From an uncultured Calditrichota bacterium (lineage in GTDB: Bacteria; Calditrichota; Calditrichia; JAJRVZ01), in the NCBI GenBank assembly GCA_964489835.1, contig CAZBBC010000001.1, positions 5,517 through 69,516 on the forward strand: 64,000 nucleotides of DNA. Direction: 5' to 3'. The notes under the pieces were generated by a model. It made no database searches and was not told where the DNA came from. It saw only the letters and a program-made list of their open reading frames with translations. Shown here in pieces: positions 31,601 through 41,461 of the stretch. Made by a program: the position numbers and the translations under genes. Position 1 is the stretch's first letter. Each line of letters starts with the position of its first letter.

Positions 31601-31830
31601 TTCCATTTAAATCCGGGAAACGTAAGCTCCCAATCGGAATCATCCAAATTCACGGATTCTCCACCGGGCTCACCGCCGATTTTATATCTGAGCTCACCGA
31701 CTCCACCAAAGGCAAGAAGATTAAGAATCTCCATTGCCTTCGTATCTTGAGAATAAAGCAGAGATGAAAAAGTGAGAGGTGTAATAACAATAAGAATTGC
31801 AAACAACCGTAAGCATGAACGCTTTTGCAT
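28642..31830 (-). CDS. glycoside hydrolase family 38 α-mannosidase, secreted
   Basis: The GH38 N-terminal catalytic region reads YSHIDLAWQW…HAYEW. The central α-helical and C-terminal β domains are present. 1062 aa with a signal peptide. Confidence 0.82.
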   Translation of the reverse strand: MQKRSCLRLFAILIVITPLTFSSLLYSQDTKAMEILNLLAFGGVGELRYKIGGEPGGESVNLDDSDWELTFPGFKWKESNTNVWFRSGVNIPEKIGGFSLIGRKMTLFLYIDNGGEVFVNGDSLGSFEWGTAEFIISEELHAGDNFLIAVRGINRPGWGKVSEYRIEFSDMVEFQKKLQDKVWGLMIARRVARELSEKPEHWIRQINKVAHNIIESQAFIDGDEQGFLAEFDKQGKLLQDLKAEVQEKYHLFCAGYSHIDLAWQWPWVETVEVLKNTTESVLNIMKRFPDFKYSMGQAHAYEWMENYYPGLFREIQEKVKQGKWEIVGGQWCEPDGNLPSGESFVRQSLYAKRYFREKFGVDVKECWIPDSFGFNWNLPQILARSGIEAFITIRVDPNDTRNFPHRFFWWKAPDGSKVMAYIPRDGYMHDLNGEQLVDFIAEEKKELNIGKELVLYGVGNHGGGPTMEMLERARRAQIAPAFPDLQLTGSHEFFNTLTKNERSKLPTWDSELYLEHFRGCYTSQAKTKKHNREGQVLIKNAEKLASIARQYGYEYPKERIFNVWRTILFNQFHDVLPGTSINAVTHDTEREYAQAEKIGGLVTKRAFEFLAQKIDTRGPGNPLIIFNPHSWTRNGPVKLLLDDLDMDKEWCVLDLEGNEIPVQKIEESVISKTLLFMAKNIPPYGYSVYRLVEQKPGIGANHLKFNRSEMENTALRVKIDKISGLIAEIYDRVNNRQVLVTPKGNILQILEDDAHDAWNMRFSKEPLDLDRAREVTLEEFGPVRATIKVVHAFVGNNKRKPTEDFPSSFFTQYISLYDGLPYIEVRNDVMWWEEHKVLKVGFPVDVYSKVARYEIPYGSIERPTGFETPFEKARYEVPAQRWADLSDGNYGVTLINDCKHGYDIKGNTIRLTLLRAPTDPDPMADKGYHSFKYALYPHKGDFIDGQVVHRGLEFNEPLMIMKSNPHKGILPTSHSFIWMTPESVVLNALKIAEDDNDWIVRIYESAGKQETVTVSFDRQIVSVTEVNLIEDIINKIEPSGCQFSFVIKPYEIRSFKVALLII

Positions 31831-31929
31831 TTTATTACCTTTAGCTGATTATAAGGACGTTGTTTCTAAGAATTTAATCTTCCATCATCAATAAAATTTT
31901 TATTTCCTGTCAACTGGTTTTATTCAAGA

Positions 31930-34900
31930 TCAAAGATCCATTGACAATTTTAAGAATTTGACCTCTAAAGGTTTAAAGTGGATCGAAGAAACATTTTTTA
32001 ACAACGTTTCACCAAGAACATTCGCCTCATCAACGGATTTCACCTTTTTATTTCTAAATTTCCCTTCAACGGAAAGCGATGTTGATTTGCCTTCAATCTC
32101 ACGCAGGTGAAGGATGATACAATTTTTTAATGGTCTTGCTGATACAAGGACCAGATTTTCAGCATCAATTTTTAATGTCGACAATGATTTTTCCCCAATG
32201 TCGCTATCTCCGGATGTAAAGACCCGCGCGACCAGGGGAACAGATGAATTCCATCCAAAACGTGTTGCTGCGATATTACTCGTGTCAGGGGTTGAGGTAA
32301 GAAAATAATTCCATCGAAATTCCCCCTCCTGAAAGGCACGAAAATTAGTGAACCAATAATTGTTCATCACCCAAGAAAAGATATATGGCGTATTGACTTC
32401 GGCAATGTACTGCCATTTGCCAAGATTAATATCTCCAAATTGTACCAGAGGGATTTGTTTACTTCCATAGATTATTTGTCCCTCGGGATTCCGGACTGCA
32501 GCAAAATTTTGGATCGTATGCCAATCCGATGAAGAACCCGGCAGCTGATTCACTCCCGGCTTAACCAGGCCTCCCTGTGCTTCATAAACTATATGGGCAT
32601 TTGGAAGATTTAATGGAAATGCGACATAACAAGCTTCAGCTTTTTCAACCCGCTTTTTATAAAGACAAAAATCCATTTCTATTCTTTTTTCCATCTCAAA
32701 TAACTTGTATTCTATCTTTATTCTTTTGGATTCTTCTCCTGCTTCTGTTTCCGCAGATATTAGGGCTGATTTCCACAAAGGGCCCTTTAATATCTTTTCA
32801 ATTTTGATGTTTTCTAGTCCCGTTCGTCTAAAAGCTTCCTTATTAAAATCCCTTGTTTTGAGGATTCTTTCATAAATAAATTGACCCATTTTCCATGGCC
32901 CATCCGGATCAACCAGTTCCTGGATTAATTGTTTATCATATAAATTGGAAAGTGCTCCGGTTTCCGGATCAATCACCAACTGGTAATAGTCATTTTCAAG
33001 TGTTTTTCCACCGAAAGCAGACATATGTGGCTCTTTTCGCTTTCCTTCACCAATTTTTATTCGAAAGGAACGAAAACCCAGCGGAGGTATATTTTTAACC
33101 CATATGGTCCAATAGGTACCTTCACTACGGCTTTTTTCCGGCTGAGCAAATATTTCGGCACCGGTTTCACTATCAAGGATTTGAAATTGGGCATCAACAG
33201 GTAAAATTTCATGGTCGATAAAGAGTTTGATCAAGCCCGATCGCTGCCAATTAAGGGTATTATAAACAACAATTGTCGGATCCTCACTTCTCTGAATAAA
33301 AGGTTGTAGTAATCCAAGTGCCTCTTCCCGCAAAAGCCCCTCATTTTTAACAGATTCCCAAACATATGAGGATTTCTCCCCCCACTGGATCATACTATTT
33401 TCAGACATTGGATTGCTTATGCTTTCAGACGATCCAAATGTATGTTCCTGATAAAACAAGAGGGCATCTTGAATGGTTGCTGTGCGAGCAATTGATTCAG
33501 GTGAAATTTCTGCTCCCATCAGTGATGCCATCGCTAGTAAACCCTGACTGACCTGTAAAGCATTTTGAGTTAGACGGGCTTCTGCTGTTTCCCGCGCAGC
33601 TGAACCAAATCCATCGGTCCACCAGTCAGGCCAGGCAACTTGATAGACGGGGAGTTCTTTTGCGTGGTGTTTTTCCAGAAATTGCAGGAACTCGTGCGCG
33701 GTAGCAATGCGCAACCGTGGCGATGTATAAGTATCGTTCCAGATCTTTACAAGATTACATGCTGCGGTTGAAGGCGGTGAGTTATCTGTATGGTAACCAG
33801 AATAATTGACAACGATTTGATCAAATGGATAGTTTTTTTCTTCAAATAATTCTATATATTCTAATAATCCGGGTTCAAAAAAATCCATATTGCCGTCATG
33901 CAGCTTCCAATAATTACCAACATGATAATGATCTGCCCGATGCGCGAGTACCCGTTTTCCTGATGGTGATTTCCACCAAAAAGCTGTCGGCTGGTCAAAG
34001 GGTAGGATTGATCGGGTTTCATTTATACCCATACTTACATATTTGATACCGATGTCGCTGAAATAATCGACAAGGCACCAACCGATACCATTTACATCAT
34101 TTTGCATGGCGGTATAGACAGGTAAGCCTGACTGTTTTATTTCCTTAATTGGTTGTAAAGAAGCTGCCAGGGCGCTTTCGGAGGATAACTCAGACATATT
34201 TAAGAACATACCCGCGATTTCAATCCGTCCTTCTTTAACTCTTTTTTTAAGTCGTTCAATCTGTTGCGGTGGTCGGCGTTTTAGAAATTCCCTTACTGGC
34301 CAGGAAACTTCACAGGTCCAGCGAAATTTTGCATCATCGGGAAAGTTGTCAGTTAAATCGCAAAAATCTAAGGCATAATCTATAAATCGTAGATGCTCGG
34401 GCAGGATTTCAGTTTGCGGCCGTGTATATCCGATGTCGGTATGGACGTGTTGTACGAGATAAACAGTCCATGGGCGCACCCGATGCAATATAACATCTTT
34501 TAATTCAAGATTATCTGTCAATGATTGTACTAAAATCTCTGCCGGACCGGTCTTTTTAATTACCGGTACTTTTAATTTGATGATTTGTTTCCCGGGATCT
34601 AATCGCTCTAAAAATATTTTCTGGGCGGAGTCCCACGCGTCGTGCCTGATAGTCAAAACGACATTTTTTAACCCTCCTGAAAATATTTCCGCATTTATTA
34701 TTTGACGTTCTCCTTCAGGGGTTTTTTGAATTAATGGGGTGGTTTTAATTTTAACTGTTTTTATTTTATTTTTTAATGGAAATGTTCGAAATGTCGATGT
34801 AATGATTTCTTCTCCGGGTTTATCATCCTCATTCACAACTTTAACGGATAATCCCCAGCCGCCGCCGCCCTGGTCGACTTTCACCAGGAGAGGATTATTT

Positions 34901-35421
34901 CCCTTCATCAATATGATTTCGACCTGATCTTCAGCGGCATCAACCGTTCGCCCGACATGATGATCGTGAATCATCTGCCCGTTGAACCAAACCCGAACAC
35001 CATCATTGCTTCGTATTTTGAGTAACGCTTTTAGTCTCTCCGGTGCTATAAGTTGGCAAAAGGCATAAGCCACTCCCGGTGCTTTCTTTTCTACTCCAAA
35101 AATTTCTATAAAATCCAACAATCCGGACGATTTACTAAAGGCTGTTTTCCATTTAATGGTGCGTCCGTCATCAAGGGTAATAATATCGTTTTCTTTGGGA
35201 ATGGCATCCTTTTCCCCGCCGAACGAGACCAGATAATCCTTAAAATAGCCAAAGCATCCCTCATCATGAAAACCCGGTTGACCATTAGGGAATGGGCCGG
35301 CAACGATCCAAACCGGACAGGTACCATTCTCGCGAAGAGGAAATGTTTCCCACTCTCCACCTATGGAAATTCCTGATAATAACAGTAAAAAAATGCCTAT
35401 TTTTCTCATATCATTCTCCAC
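31930..35421 (-). CDS. GH38-family α-mannosidase-like protein with a large N-terminal extension, secreted
   Basis: A GH38 N-domain signature, VQHVHTDIGYT…MQNDVNG…HRADH, appears after a ~320-aa N-terminal region. 1163 aa with a signal peptide. Confidence 0.72.
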   Translation of the reverse strand: MENDMRKIGIFLLLLSGISIGGEWETFPLRENGTCPVWIVAGPFPNGQPGFHDEGCFGYFKDYLVSFGGEKDAIPKENDIITLDDGRTIKWKTAFSKSSGLLDFIEIFGVEKKAPGVAYAFCQLIAPERLKALLKIRSNDGVRVWFNGQMIHDHHVGRTVDAAEDQVEIILMKGNNPLLVKVDQGGGGWGLSVKVVNEDDKPGEEIITSTFRTFPLKNKIKTVKIKTTPLIQKTPEGERQIINAEIFSGGLKNVVLTIRHDAWDSAQKIFLERLDPGKQIIKLKVPVIKKTGPAEILVQSLTDNLELKDVILHRVRPWTVYLVQHVHTDIGYTRPQTEILPEHLRFIDYALDFCDLTDNFPDDAKFRWTCEVSWPVREFLKRRPPQQIERLKKRVKEGRIEIAGMFLNMSELSSESALAASLQPIKEIKQSGLPVYTAMQNDVNGIGWCLVDYFSDIGIKYVSMGINETRSILPFDQPTAFWWKSPSGKRVLAHRADHYHVGNYWKLHDGNMDFFEPGLLEYIELFEEKNYPFDQIVVNYSGYHTDNSPPSTAACNLVKIWNDTYTSPRLRIATAHEFLQFLEKHHAKELPVYQVAWPDWWTDGFGSAARETAEARLTQNALQVSQGLLAMASLMGAEISPESIARTATIQDALLFYQEHTFGSSESISNPMSENSMIQWGEKSSYVWESVKNEGLLREEALGLLQPFIQRSEDPTIVVYNTLNWQRSGLIKLFIDHEILPVDAQFQILDSETGAEIFAQPEKSRSEGTYWTIWVKNIPPLGFRSFRIKIGEGKRKEPHMSAFGGKTLENDYYQLVIDPETGALSNLYDKQLIQELVDPDGPWKMGQFIYERILKTRDFNKEAFRRTGLENIKIEKILKGPLWKSALISAETEAGEESKRIKIEYKLFEMEKRIEMDFCLYKKRVEKAEACYVAFPLNLPNAHIVYEAQGGLVKPGVNQLPGSSSDWHTIQNFAAVRNPEGQIIYGSKQIPLVQFGDINLGKWQYIAEVNTPYIFSWVMNNYWFTNFRAFQEGEFRWNYFLTSTPDTSNIAATRFGWNSSVPLVARVFTSGDSDIGEKSLSTLKIDAENLVLVSARPLKNCIILHLREIEGKSTSLSVEGKFRNKKVKSVDEANVLGETLLKNVSSIHFKPLEVKFLKLSMDL

Positions 35422-35454
35422 ATATTTTTAAGGATCGTGTAAAAAAATAACCTG

Positions 35455-37920
35455 TTAATTTTGCCATGGCATGATTATACCTAGCTCTTCCGGTGATTTT
35501 GGTATATAATATAAATCGAATTTCCACCAACTATAGCCGTGACGAGGGTAGTCCGATAAATATATTACTGCTGTAAAATCATTTTTATGTGACGGTTGTT
35601 CTAAAACAAACGGTCGATAGGAACGAGACTGGATATCTACCGGTATTACCGTTACCTGTTTTAGGGGTAGAGGATTTTTAAACTGATAGGTCATTTCAGC
35701 AATTTGATCATAGCGGAGATGTTCAATTTCCAAATTCCCTTCTCTTACTTTCACGAGATCGCGCCCATCAACTCTGGCTTCCCAATGAAGGATTTGTACC
35801 GCATCCTTCTTATAGTCTTCTAAAATCTGGACATATTTCTTTTGCAGGTCGGAAATTATGGTTATTATTCCATCCTCATCCGGGGCGGTTGCTAATATTT
35901 TTTCTGCTTTGGGTAAATTCTCCAGCACTTGTTCCACATTTTTTACCAATTGTATCATTCCGTCCAATCTGTATACACAGCCAGGCATTTTGATAAATTT
36001 CGCCATCGTTTCTTTTAATTCTGATACCCGGTGGATTAATATCTCTTTAGTTTTTCCGATGGGTTTTTCTCTATATTCGAAATAGGCAAAAAATGTTTTT
36101 ACATAAAGGTTATTTGTTTTAATCAGCCAGTAGGTGAGATTAAGCGCATTTTCAACATTTTGCGCCAGTTTTTGATCGCTGATTAATAATTTTGCGCCGG
36201 TGTATTTTATGACCATAGAATCGGCAATGCTTAAGCCGTGGTCAAGGTATAAAAGTGTTTCGTTTATCCAGGGACGGCAACGCAGATATATGGTTCGCAA
36301 AAATTCAATATGTTTTCTTCCGTTATCAAGTCTCGGCAATCCTTTGACGGGAAATGTTGTCAACCGTAAATGAGGAAGTGATCTAAAATCACCATAAGAA
36401 ACGGGTTCAATATAGATACCATATTTATAGGCATTCGGTGATAATAAATAGATATCAGCCATCGGCGCTGCTGCTGTCTGACCAAAGCATATGGCAGTAA
36501 AATCTTTGACAATTTCTTTGATGTCTTCCCTGGGATTCCAGGCTAAGCGATATATGGTATAAGTGGTTACTGCTCCGGTATTCCAGTTTTCATCGGATGG
36601 AATAGCATAAGTTCCAAAATCAACCCCTTTCAAATTAGTTTTTTCCGATGCTAATATGGTTTCCATTCCTCCCTGGTAATAGGTTCCGGGGAAGGTCGGA
36701 AATGTACTTACACCGCTATGACTATGATAATCCAGAGTAGCCAATAAAAGGATCATGTTATGGGGGGTCAGGTTAAATGTAGGATTATAGGGCTGGTGAA
36801 AATAACGATCTGTTGTACTGAGATAAGGAGACATATACAAATTTTTTACCGGAATATCATCTGTAAAAATATTTTTATATACCTCCGCCATTGAATGCTG
36901 CTCATGTGCGCTCGTCACCCAGGTGCGCTGGTAATAAATTTTATCAAATTCCCCAACCACAACATTATAAATCTTTTTTACAAACGTTCGATACCTCTTT
37001 GCAAGGCTCCAATCACAACATTCTCCGTCATGCATTACATCAAAGGGTATATAAGTACCGCCCACCCGCGTTAATTCTCCTGTACGTATTCTGATTCCAT
37101 CGATTTCCGGCATTGTTTTCAAGAGTCGGCGATATTTTGCCTGCACAGCATCCCAAAAAGCGGGATCCTCCGGGGATAATGTTGCACCGAATTCTTTCAT
37201 GAGTGTCGGATGATATGAAAATTCATCCTCATAAACGATAAATTTTAGATGTAAACGATGGGCATATTCTATCAACTGACGTAATTCTTCCCTGTTTTTT
37301 GCATTATTCGTTTTCTCTGGTTCTGAATCCCAGGGAACAAGATTATTAACAGAGTAACCCCCATGAACCCAGGTCGCACTAACCCGCAACGCGTTTTGTA
37401 TTGCTTCTTTTGTCCCTCCACCGGTAAAACGTATTTTTAGCTCTGGGATGCGCGTTATATTTATATCCGGTATCTTTTTGAACACTTTCATCCGGTCCAA
37501 GATCCAATACAAACCATATACCTCTCCCAGGATTGATCCTCCGGAAACAGCCATTATTTTATTGCCATCGACAGTCGTTGTTACAATCTCGTATCCCTGG
37601 GAATCTTCTATACCTTGCAGTTTTATTTTTCCCTTTTGGACCAATGATTTTGTGTAACTATTGCGAAGAGGCGAGCCAATCAGAATTGAGTTCCCGGAAA
37701 GTTTTTGGTTGCTATCAAAAATCATTAATTTTGTTTCCATTTTTTGCCCTGATTTTTGTAGATCCTCCAGGGCAAGTTTGATTGCTTCATCTTCCATAAG
37801 CTGCCTATTTAAAACAATAAACCAGCGCTCGTTTTCCTGGCCATACAAAGATGAAAAACACATGAATAACGCAAATAATATCAATATTTTAGTTTTAAAT
37901 ACCCATTTTCCCTTTGTCAT
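35455..37920 (-). CDS. large secreted protein, putative glycoside-hydrolase-like (family unassigned)
   Basis: A signal peptide and 821 aa. It is embedded in the mannosidase locus. A TIM-barrel-like middle region is suspected but no family signature can be confirmed by eye. Confidence 0.35.
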   Translation of the reverse strand: MTKGKWVFKTKILILFALFMCFSSLYGQENERWFIVLNRQLMEDEAIKLALEDLQKSGQKMETKLMIFDSNQKLSGNSILIGSPLRNSYTKSLVQKGKIKLQGIEDSQGYEIVTTTVDGNKIMAVSGGSILGEVYGLYWILDRMKVFKKIPDINITRIPELKIRFTGGGTKEAIQNALRVSATWVHGGYSVNNLVPWDSEPEKTNNAKNREELRQLIEYAHRLHLKFIVYEDEFSYHPTLMKEFGATLSPEDPAFWDAVQAKYRRLLKTMPEIDGIRIRTGELTRVGGTYIPFDVMHDGECCDWSLAKRYRTFVKKIYNVVVGEFDKIYYQRTWVTSAHEQHSMAEVYKNIFTDDIPVKNLYMSPYLSTTDRYFHQPYNPTFNLTPHNMILLLATLDYHSHSGVSTFPTFPGTYYQGGMETILASEKTNLKGVDFGTYAIPSDENWNTGAVTTYTIYRLAWNPREDIKEIVKDFTAICFGQTAAAPMADIYLLSPNAYKYGIYIEPVSYGDFRSLPHLRLTTFPVKGLPRLDNGRKHIEFLRTIYLRCRPWINETLLYLDHGLSIADSMVIKYTGAKLLISDQKLAQNVENALNLTYWLIKTNNLYVKTFFAYFEYREKPIGKTKEILIHRVSELKETMAKFIKMPGCVYRLDGMIQLVKNVEQVLENLPKAEKILATAPDEDGIITIISDLQKKYVQILEDYKKDAVQILHWEARVDGRDLVKVREGNLEIEHLRYDQIAEMTYQFKNPLPLKQVTVIPVDIQSRSYRPFVLEQPSHKNDFTAVIYLSDYPRHGYSWWKFDLYYIPKSPEELGIIMPWQN

Positions 37921-37985
37921 AATGATAAACCCTTTCCACTAATTTTTATTCAATCCATGGATTTTTAAATATCATAAACATTTTT

Positions 37986-39650
37986 TTATTTCTGAACCCG
38001 CATCCAAATGACTAATTTTTGCTCTTCTAAGAGTGTGACGGGAAATCCTTTTAATAATTCTTCCCCGGAAATCACTGATCGTTCTTTTTCAGAACTCATC
38101 TGTATTTGATAATTGCCTTCAATGTCCACCGTGTACCATTCAGGAAATTGATTGATCCGGGGATAGTCTAATGGCAAGTGAAGATGATCGCGATGTCTGG
38201 GGCAGTCAAAACGAATCCGGCCTTGCCAGGGTTGGTCAGTCTGTACTGTTATATACAAATAATCGTTCTCATATACGGCACCGATTTTAACATCTTCACG
38301 CCAGCGATCAATCCACAATCCTTCCGTTTTCCATAAGGCATACATAATGGTAGTACGTGCGAAATTGCCATCTCCATGCCACCCTTCAATAATCCCATTG
38401 GGTTGCTGCTTTTCCCACATAATCAAAATCTGTTTATCGATCCACTCAGCCACTGATAATGCCGGCTCACGGTTGTAGAGATTAATTGCTCCTTCTATGG
38501 CATCCGCATATCCATCGGCACTACCATTCTCCCAATTATAATCTTGGTAAAATTGATTTAAATTGGACAGGACATATTTCACCGCCTGGAGATATTCTGT
38601 TTTATTATCTATCAAATACAAGGTATAAAATGCATTATAATTATAACCCCAGGTGTCACAAATTTTATCATCATGTTCTCCGGTTTTCAGATTTACCCAA
38701 TTATATAACATACCGTGTTCGTTTCTGCCTGTTTCCAGAATACGATCAAATAACCGCTGAATCGGCTGCTGATAGATCTTTTTCTTTTCCGGTGCGATAA
38801 AATGTGCGGTTTCATAAATCTCAGAAAGTCCGGCAATTATTTCACAGCCATGATCCCTTAAACGCAGCTTGTCACCTGTTTCTAATGGATGTTGATATAA
38901 CAAATAATAATCTGCCAGCCGAAAAGCCCAGACAAGATATTTTTCCTGCCTTGTCATCCAATATAGCCGGGACAATACCTGAAGCATTTCACCATTCACT
39001 TCATGGCTTTTAGCCGGAATATTACCAAATGGGGTCGGATATGGGGCATGTGCCCAGATAGCATCAACAATTGACAGCATACGTATGGCCCAGGGCGAAT
39101 CTCCAAGCCATTCTGTCAAAGGTAATAATCCATCTTTGATATACTCTGAGCCGCCAAAGATAAGGCGGTCTAAATCAATTTCCTTATATTCAAAACTTTT
39201 TTTTGAGAATGAATAGGTATCCGGAAGGGCATCAAGTCGTGAGGTCAGACGTTTTTCTGAACGCAACATATCATGCATTTTTCCCTCAAACAGGTTCTGA
39301 TTTGTAAAAAAAGTTGTTAATACCATAAAAGGATAATTATCCGCAGCTGCATCTTTGGCATTCCAGATATCCTTGTTGTTGGATAGATTCTTTGGAATTA
39401 ATCCACTTTCCGGATCAGCATAATGCAACCACCCTTTTACATAACGATTGCAACGATCAAAGGCTTCACTTGCCAGCCGGCCGTTTTTTTCAGCCATTAA
39501 AATATATTTACTGTTTATCTTATCCGACAGTTGATCTGTGTTGCATGAAAGAAAGAATATAAATAAAGCAATACACAATATTGACCCGTTTTTAAATGCT
39601 ATCACAGATAAATGATTCTTTCTTGTCATGGTAAATATTCCTACTAACAT
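37986..39650 (-). CDS. secreted/lipoprotein, putative (α/α)6-type glycoside hydrolase (family unassigned)
   Basis: The signal/lipobox is FFLSC. The product is W/Y-rich with helical repeats. Its locus context is suggestive. An alternative start is ATG 39629. Confidence 0.3.
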   Translation of the reverse strand: MLVGIFTMTRKNHLSVIAFKNGSILCIALFIFFLSCNTDQLSDKINSKYILMAEKNGRLASEAFDRCNRYVKGWLHYADPESGLIPKNLSNNKDIWNAKDAAADNYPFMVLTTFFTNQNLFEGKMHDMLRSEKRLTSRLDALPDTYSFSKKSFEYKEIDLDRLIFGGSEYIKDGLLPLTEWLGDSPWAIRMLSIVDAIWAHAPYPTPFGNIPAKSHEVNGEMLQVLSRLYWMTRQEKYLVWAFRLADYYLLYQHPLETGDKLRLRDHGCEIIAGLSEIYETAHFIAPEKKKIYQQPIQRLFDRILETGRNEHGMLYNWVNLKTGEHDDKICDTWGYNYNAFYTLYLIDNKTEYLQAVKYVLSNLNQFYQDYNWENGSADGYADAIEGAINLYNREPALSVAEWIDKQILIMWEKQQPNGIIEGWHGDGNFARTTIMYALWKTEGLWIDRWREDVKIGAVYENDYLYITVQTDQPWQGRIRFDCPRHRDHLHLPLDYPRINQFPEWYTVDIEGNYQIQMSSEKERSVISGEELLKGFPVTLLEEQKLVIWMRVQK

Positions 39651-39718
39651 ATAAAGAATTCTTTTAAGCGATTTTATCCAACAGGGTGAATAATTGAGAG
39701 TAATTTATTGTTTCTAAT

Positions 39719-40471
39719 TTATTCTGTGTCTTTGAGAAAATTTTTAATTTCTCTAAAAACTTTTTCTTTCTCAATATCTAGAGTAATGACGTGATAAGAT
39801 TTTTGTAGTTCAAGTATTCTTTTATTCTTGGAAGAAAGTCTTCTATATATCTCAGCGGGACCCTTTTCATCGACCACATGATCCTTGTTCGTATAAATGA
39901 TAAGTGCCGGTGCATAAATATCTGGGAGATCATTTCTCAGATGCTTTGAAAACTTGAGTAATTCGGATAATGATTTAAGGGGAATTTTATCATAGGCAAT
40001 AGTCTTCACGTTTGTCTTGATATCAGAACTAGCACCTTTTTTTGTATAAGGGTAAATTATATGCAAATAGTGGCTTAAAAATGAAAATTTGTTTTTCAAA
40101 TATAAGGCTGGGGCAAGTGCGACGACACCATTAACTTCATAATGTGCCGATAAATGTAAGGCTAGAGAACCGCCCATAGAAAGACCGATGACGAAAACTT
40201 TAGTATATTTTTTGCGTAATTCAAATAGCTCAAATTTTGCCTTTTCATACCATTCACACCAGGTTCGTTTTCTCAGATCTTCTGGTTTTGTACCATGTCC
40301 CGGCATTAATGGGATGGATATTGTATATCCCTCGCTGTGAAGAGAATCTCCCAATAGGCGAAGCTCAAAGGGAGAGCCGGTAAATCCGTGTAAAAGAAGG
40401 CAGGCTGTTGAATTACCTTCATAATATAATGGCTCACAGCCGGGTATAATTTTTCCTTGTCGTTGTTTCAT
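39719..40471 (-). CDS. α/β-hydrolase fold esterase/lipase
   Basis: HGFTG is an oxyanion-hole-like motif. The nucleophile elbow is GLSMGG (GxSxG). Downstream Asp and His residues are present. 250 aa. Confidence 0.78.
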   Translation of the reverse strand: MKQRQGKIIPGCEPLYYEGNSTACLLLHGFTGSPFELRLLGDSLHSEGYTISIPLMPGHGTKPEDLRKRTWCEWYEKAKFELFELRKKYTKVFVIGLSMGGSLALHLSAHYEVNGVVALAPALYLKNKFSFLSHYLHIIYPYTKKGASSDIKTNVKTIAYDKIPLKSLSELLKFSKHLRNDLPDIYAPALIIYTNKDHVVDEKGPAEIYRRLSSKNKRILELQKSYHVITLDIEKEKVFREIKNFLKDTE

Positions 40472-40496
40472 TAAATTTTATTTTATCCATCTTGAC

Positions 40497-40530
40497 GAAA
40501 AAATCCGGTTTTGTCTCGGATTTTCTTTTG
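40497..40530 (-). terminator. hairpin aaatccg…cggattt followed by a T-run on the minus strand, immediately upstream of the esterase start
   Basis: Read directly from the sequence. It could terminate read-through from the cupin gene or act as a leader attenuator. Confidence 0.35.
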
Positions 40531-40903
40531 GTGGAATGACCATGTTTAATTTTCTTGATAATTTAACAAAAATCTGAATATTATAATAACAATGTCTACA
40601 ACAAATATTTTACATGACAAACCATCAATATTGGATTCATACGATATCCAGACATGATTTTGGTACTGTCCGTGTTTAAACAATCTGACAGTTAAATGCT
40701 ATTTTTTGATACCCTATGATTATATTCGCGCTTTTATCAGAGAAATAATTAGGGCATGGTATTAATGAGACATGAGAAAGATTATACGAGAACACGGGGA
40801 TGCAGATAATAACAAATCGTATAAAGATGATTAAATTAAATAAATTTATTTGTGTGTTCTGCCTGCCTCATTAAGTCTGGTGGAGCAAGGCTGGCGCAGT
40901 GTA

Positions 40904-41257
40904 TTATCGTTTATGAAAGATAACATGATCAGTAATGGGTGTAAAGATGCAGAAAGCTTCCACCCTTTCGTCGCCAACAACAATGGATGAGTGGCTTACA
41001 TTGGGCAAGACAGAACAGATATCTCCGCTTTTTAATTCTACTTTCTCTCCGGCAACATTTAAAAGAAGATGCCCCGATTGAACGATTGTTACTTGTTCCT
41101 GAGGGTGGGAATGCTCTTCAAACTCCAGGCCCGGTTCATAAATATAGTAGACAACCATTACATTCTTTGATGTAAAAACCTGTTGGCTTAATTTCGGATC
41201 TAAAAATTCCTGATCGGTATCTTTCCAGCTAGACTTAATGAAATTTTTCATGAACAC
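40904..41257 (-). CDS. cupin-domain protein
   Basis: The motif HSHPQEQVTIVQSG…GD is a conserved cupin motif 1/2 pattern. 117 aa. Confidence 0.72.
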   Translation of the reverse strand: MFMKNFIKSSWKDTDQEFLDPKLSQQVFTSKNVMVVYYIYEPGLEFEEHSHPQEQVTIVQSGHLLLNVAGEKVELKSGDICSVLPNVSHSSIVVGDERVEAFCIFTPITDHVIFHKR

Positions 41258-41461
41258 CCCGGCATATTTAAATCAATTTATTCATGCACACAGCCCAAGA
41301 CTGTAAACAAAGAAAAAAATAGTCCACAGGTTTTACGGTTTTGACGGATAATCTGTGGATAAAAGTTTTTAAAATTTTTACTAAAAAACAAAGTTTTTTG
41401 ATACAATAGCATAAATCTACTGGTTACTATATGGTAAAAATGGTGATTTTGCAAGGAAAAA

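Noticed and set aside
37448-37942. Several 60–100-aa plus-strand ORFs opposite the large minus-strand hydrolase genes
   Set aside because: These are antisense frames within long, well-supported secreted-enzyme CDSs. No RBS, and the translations are low-complexity.
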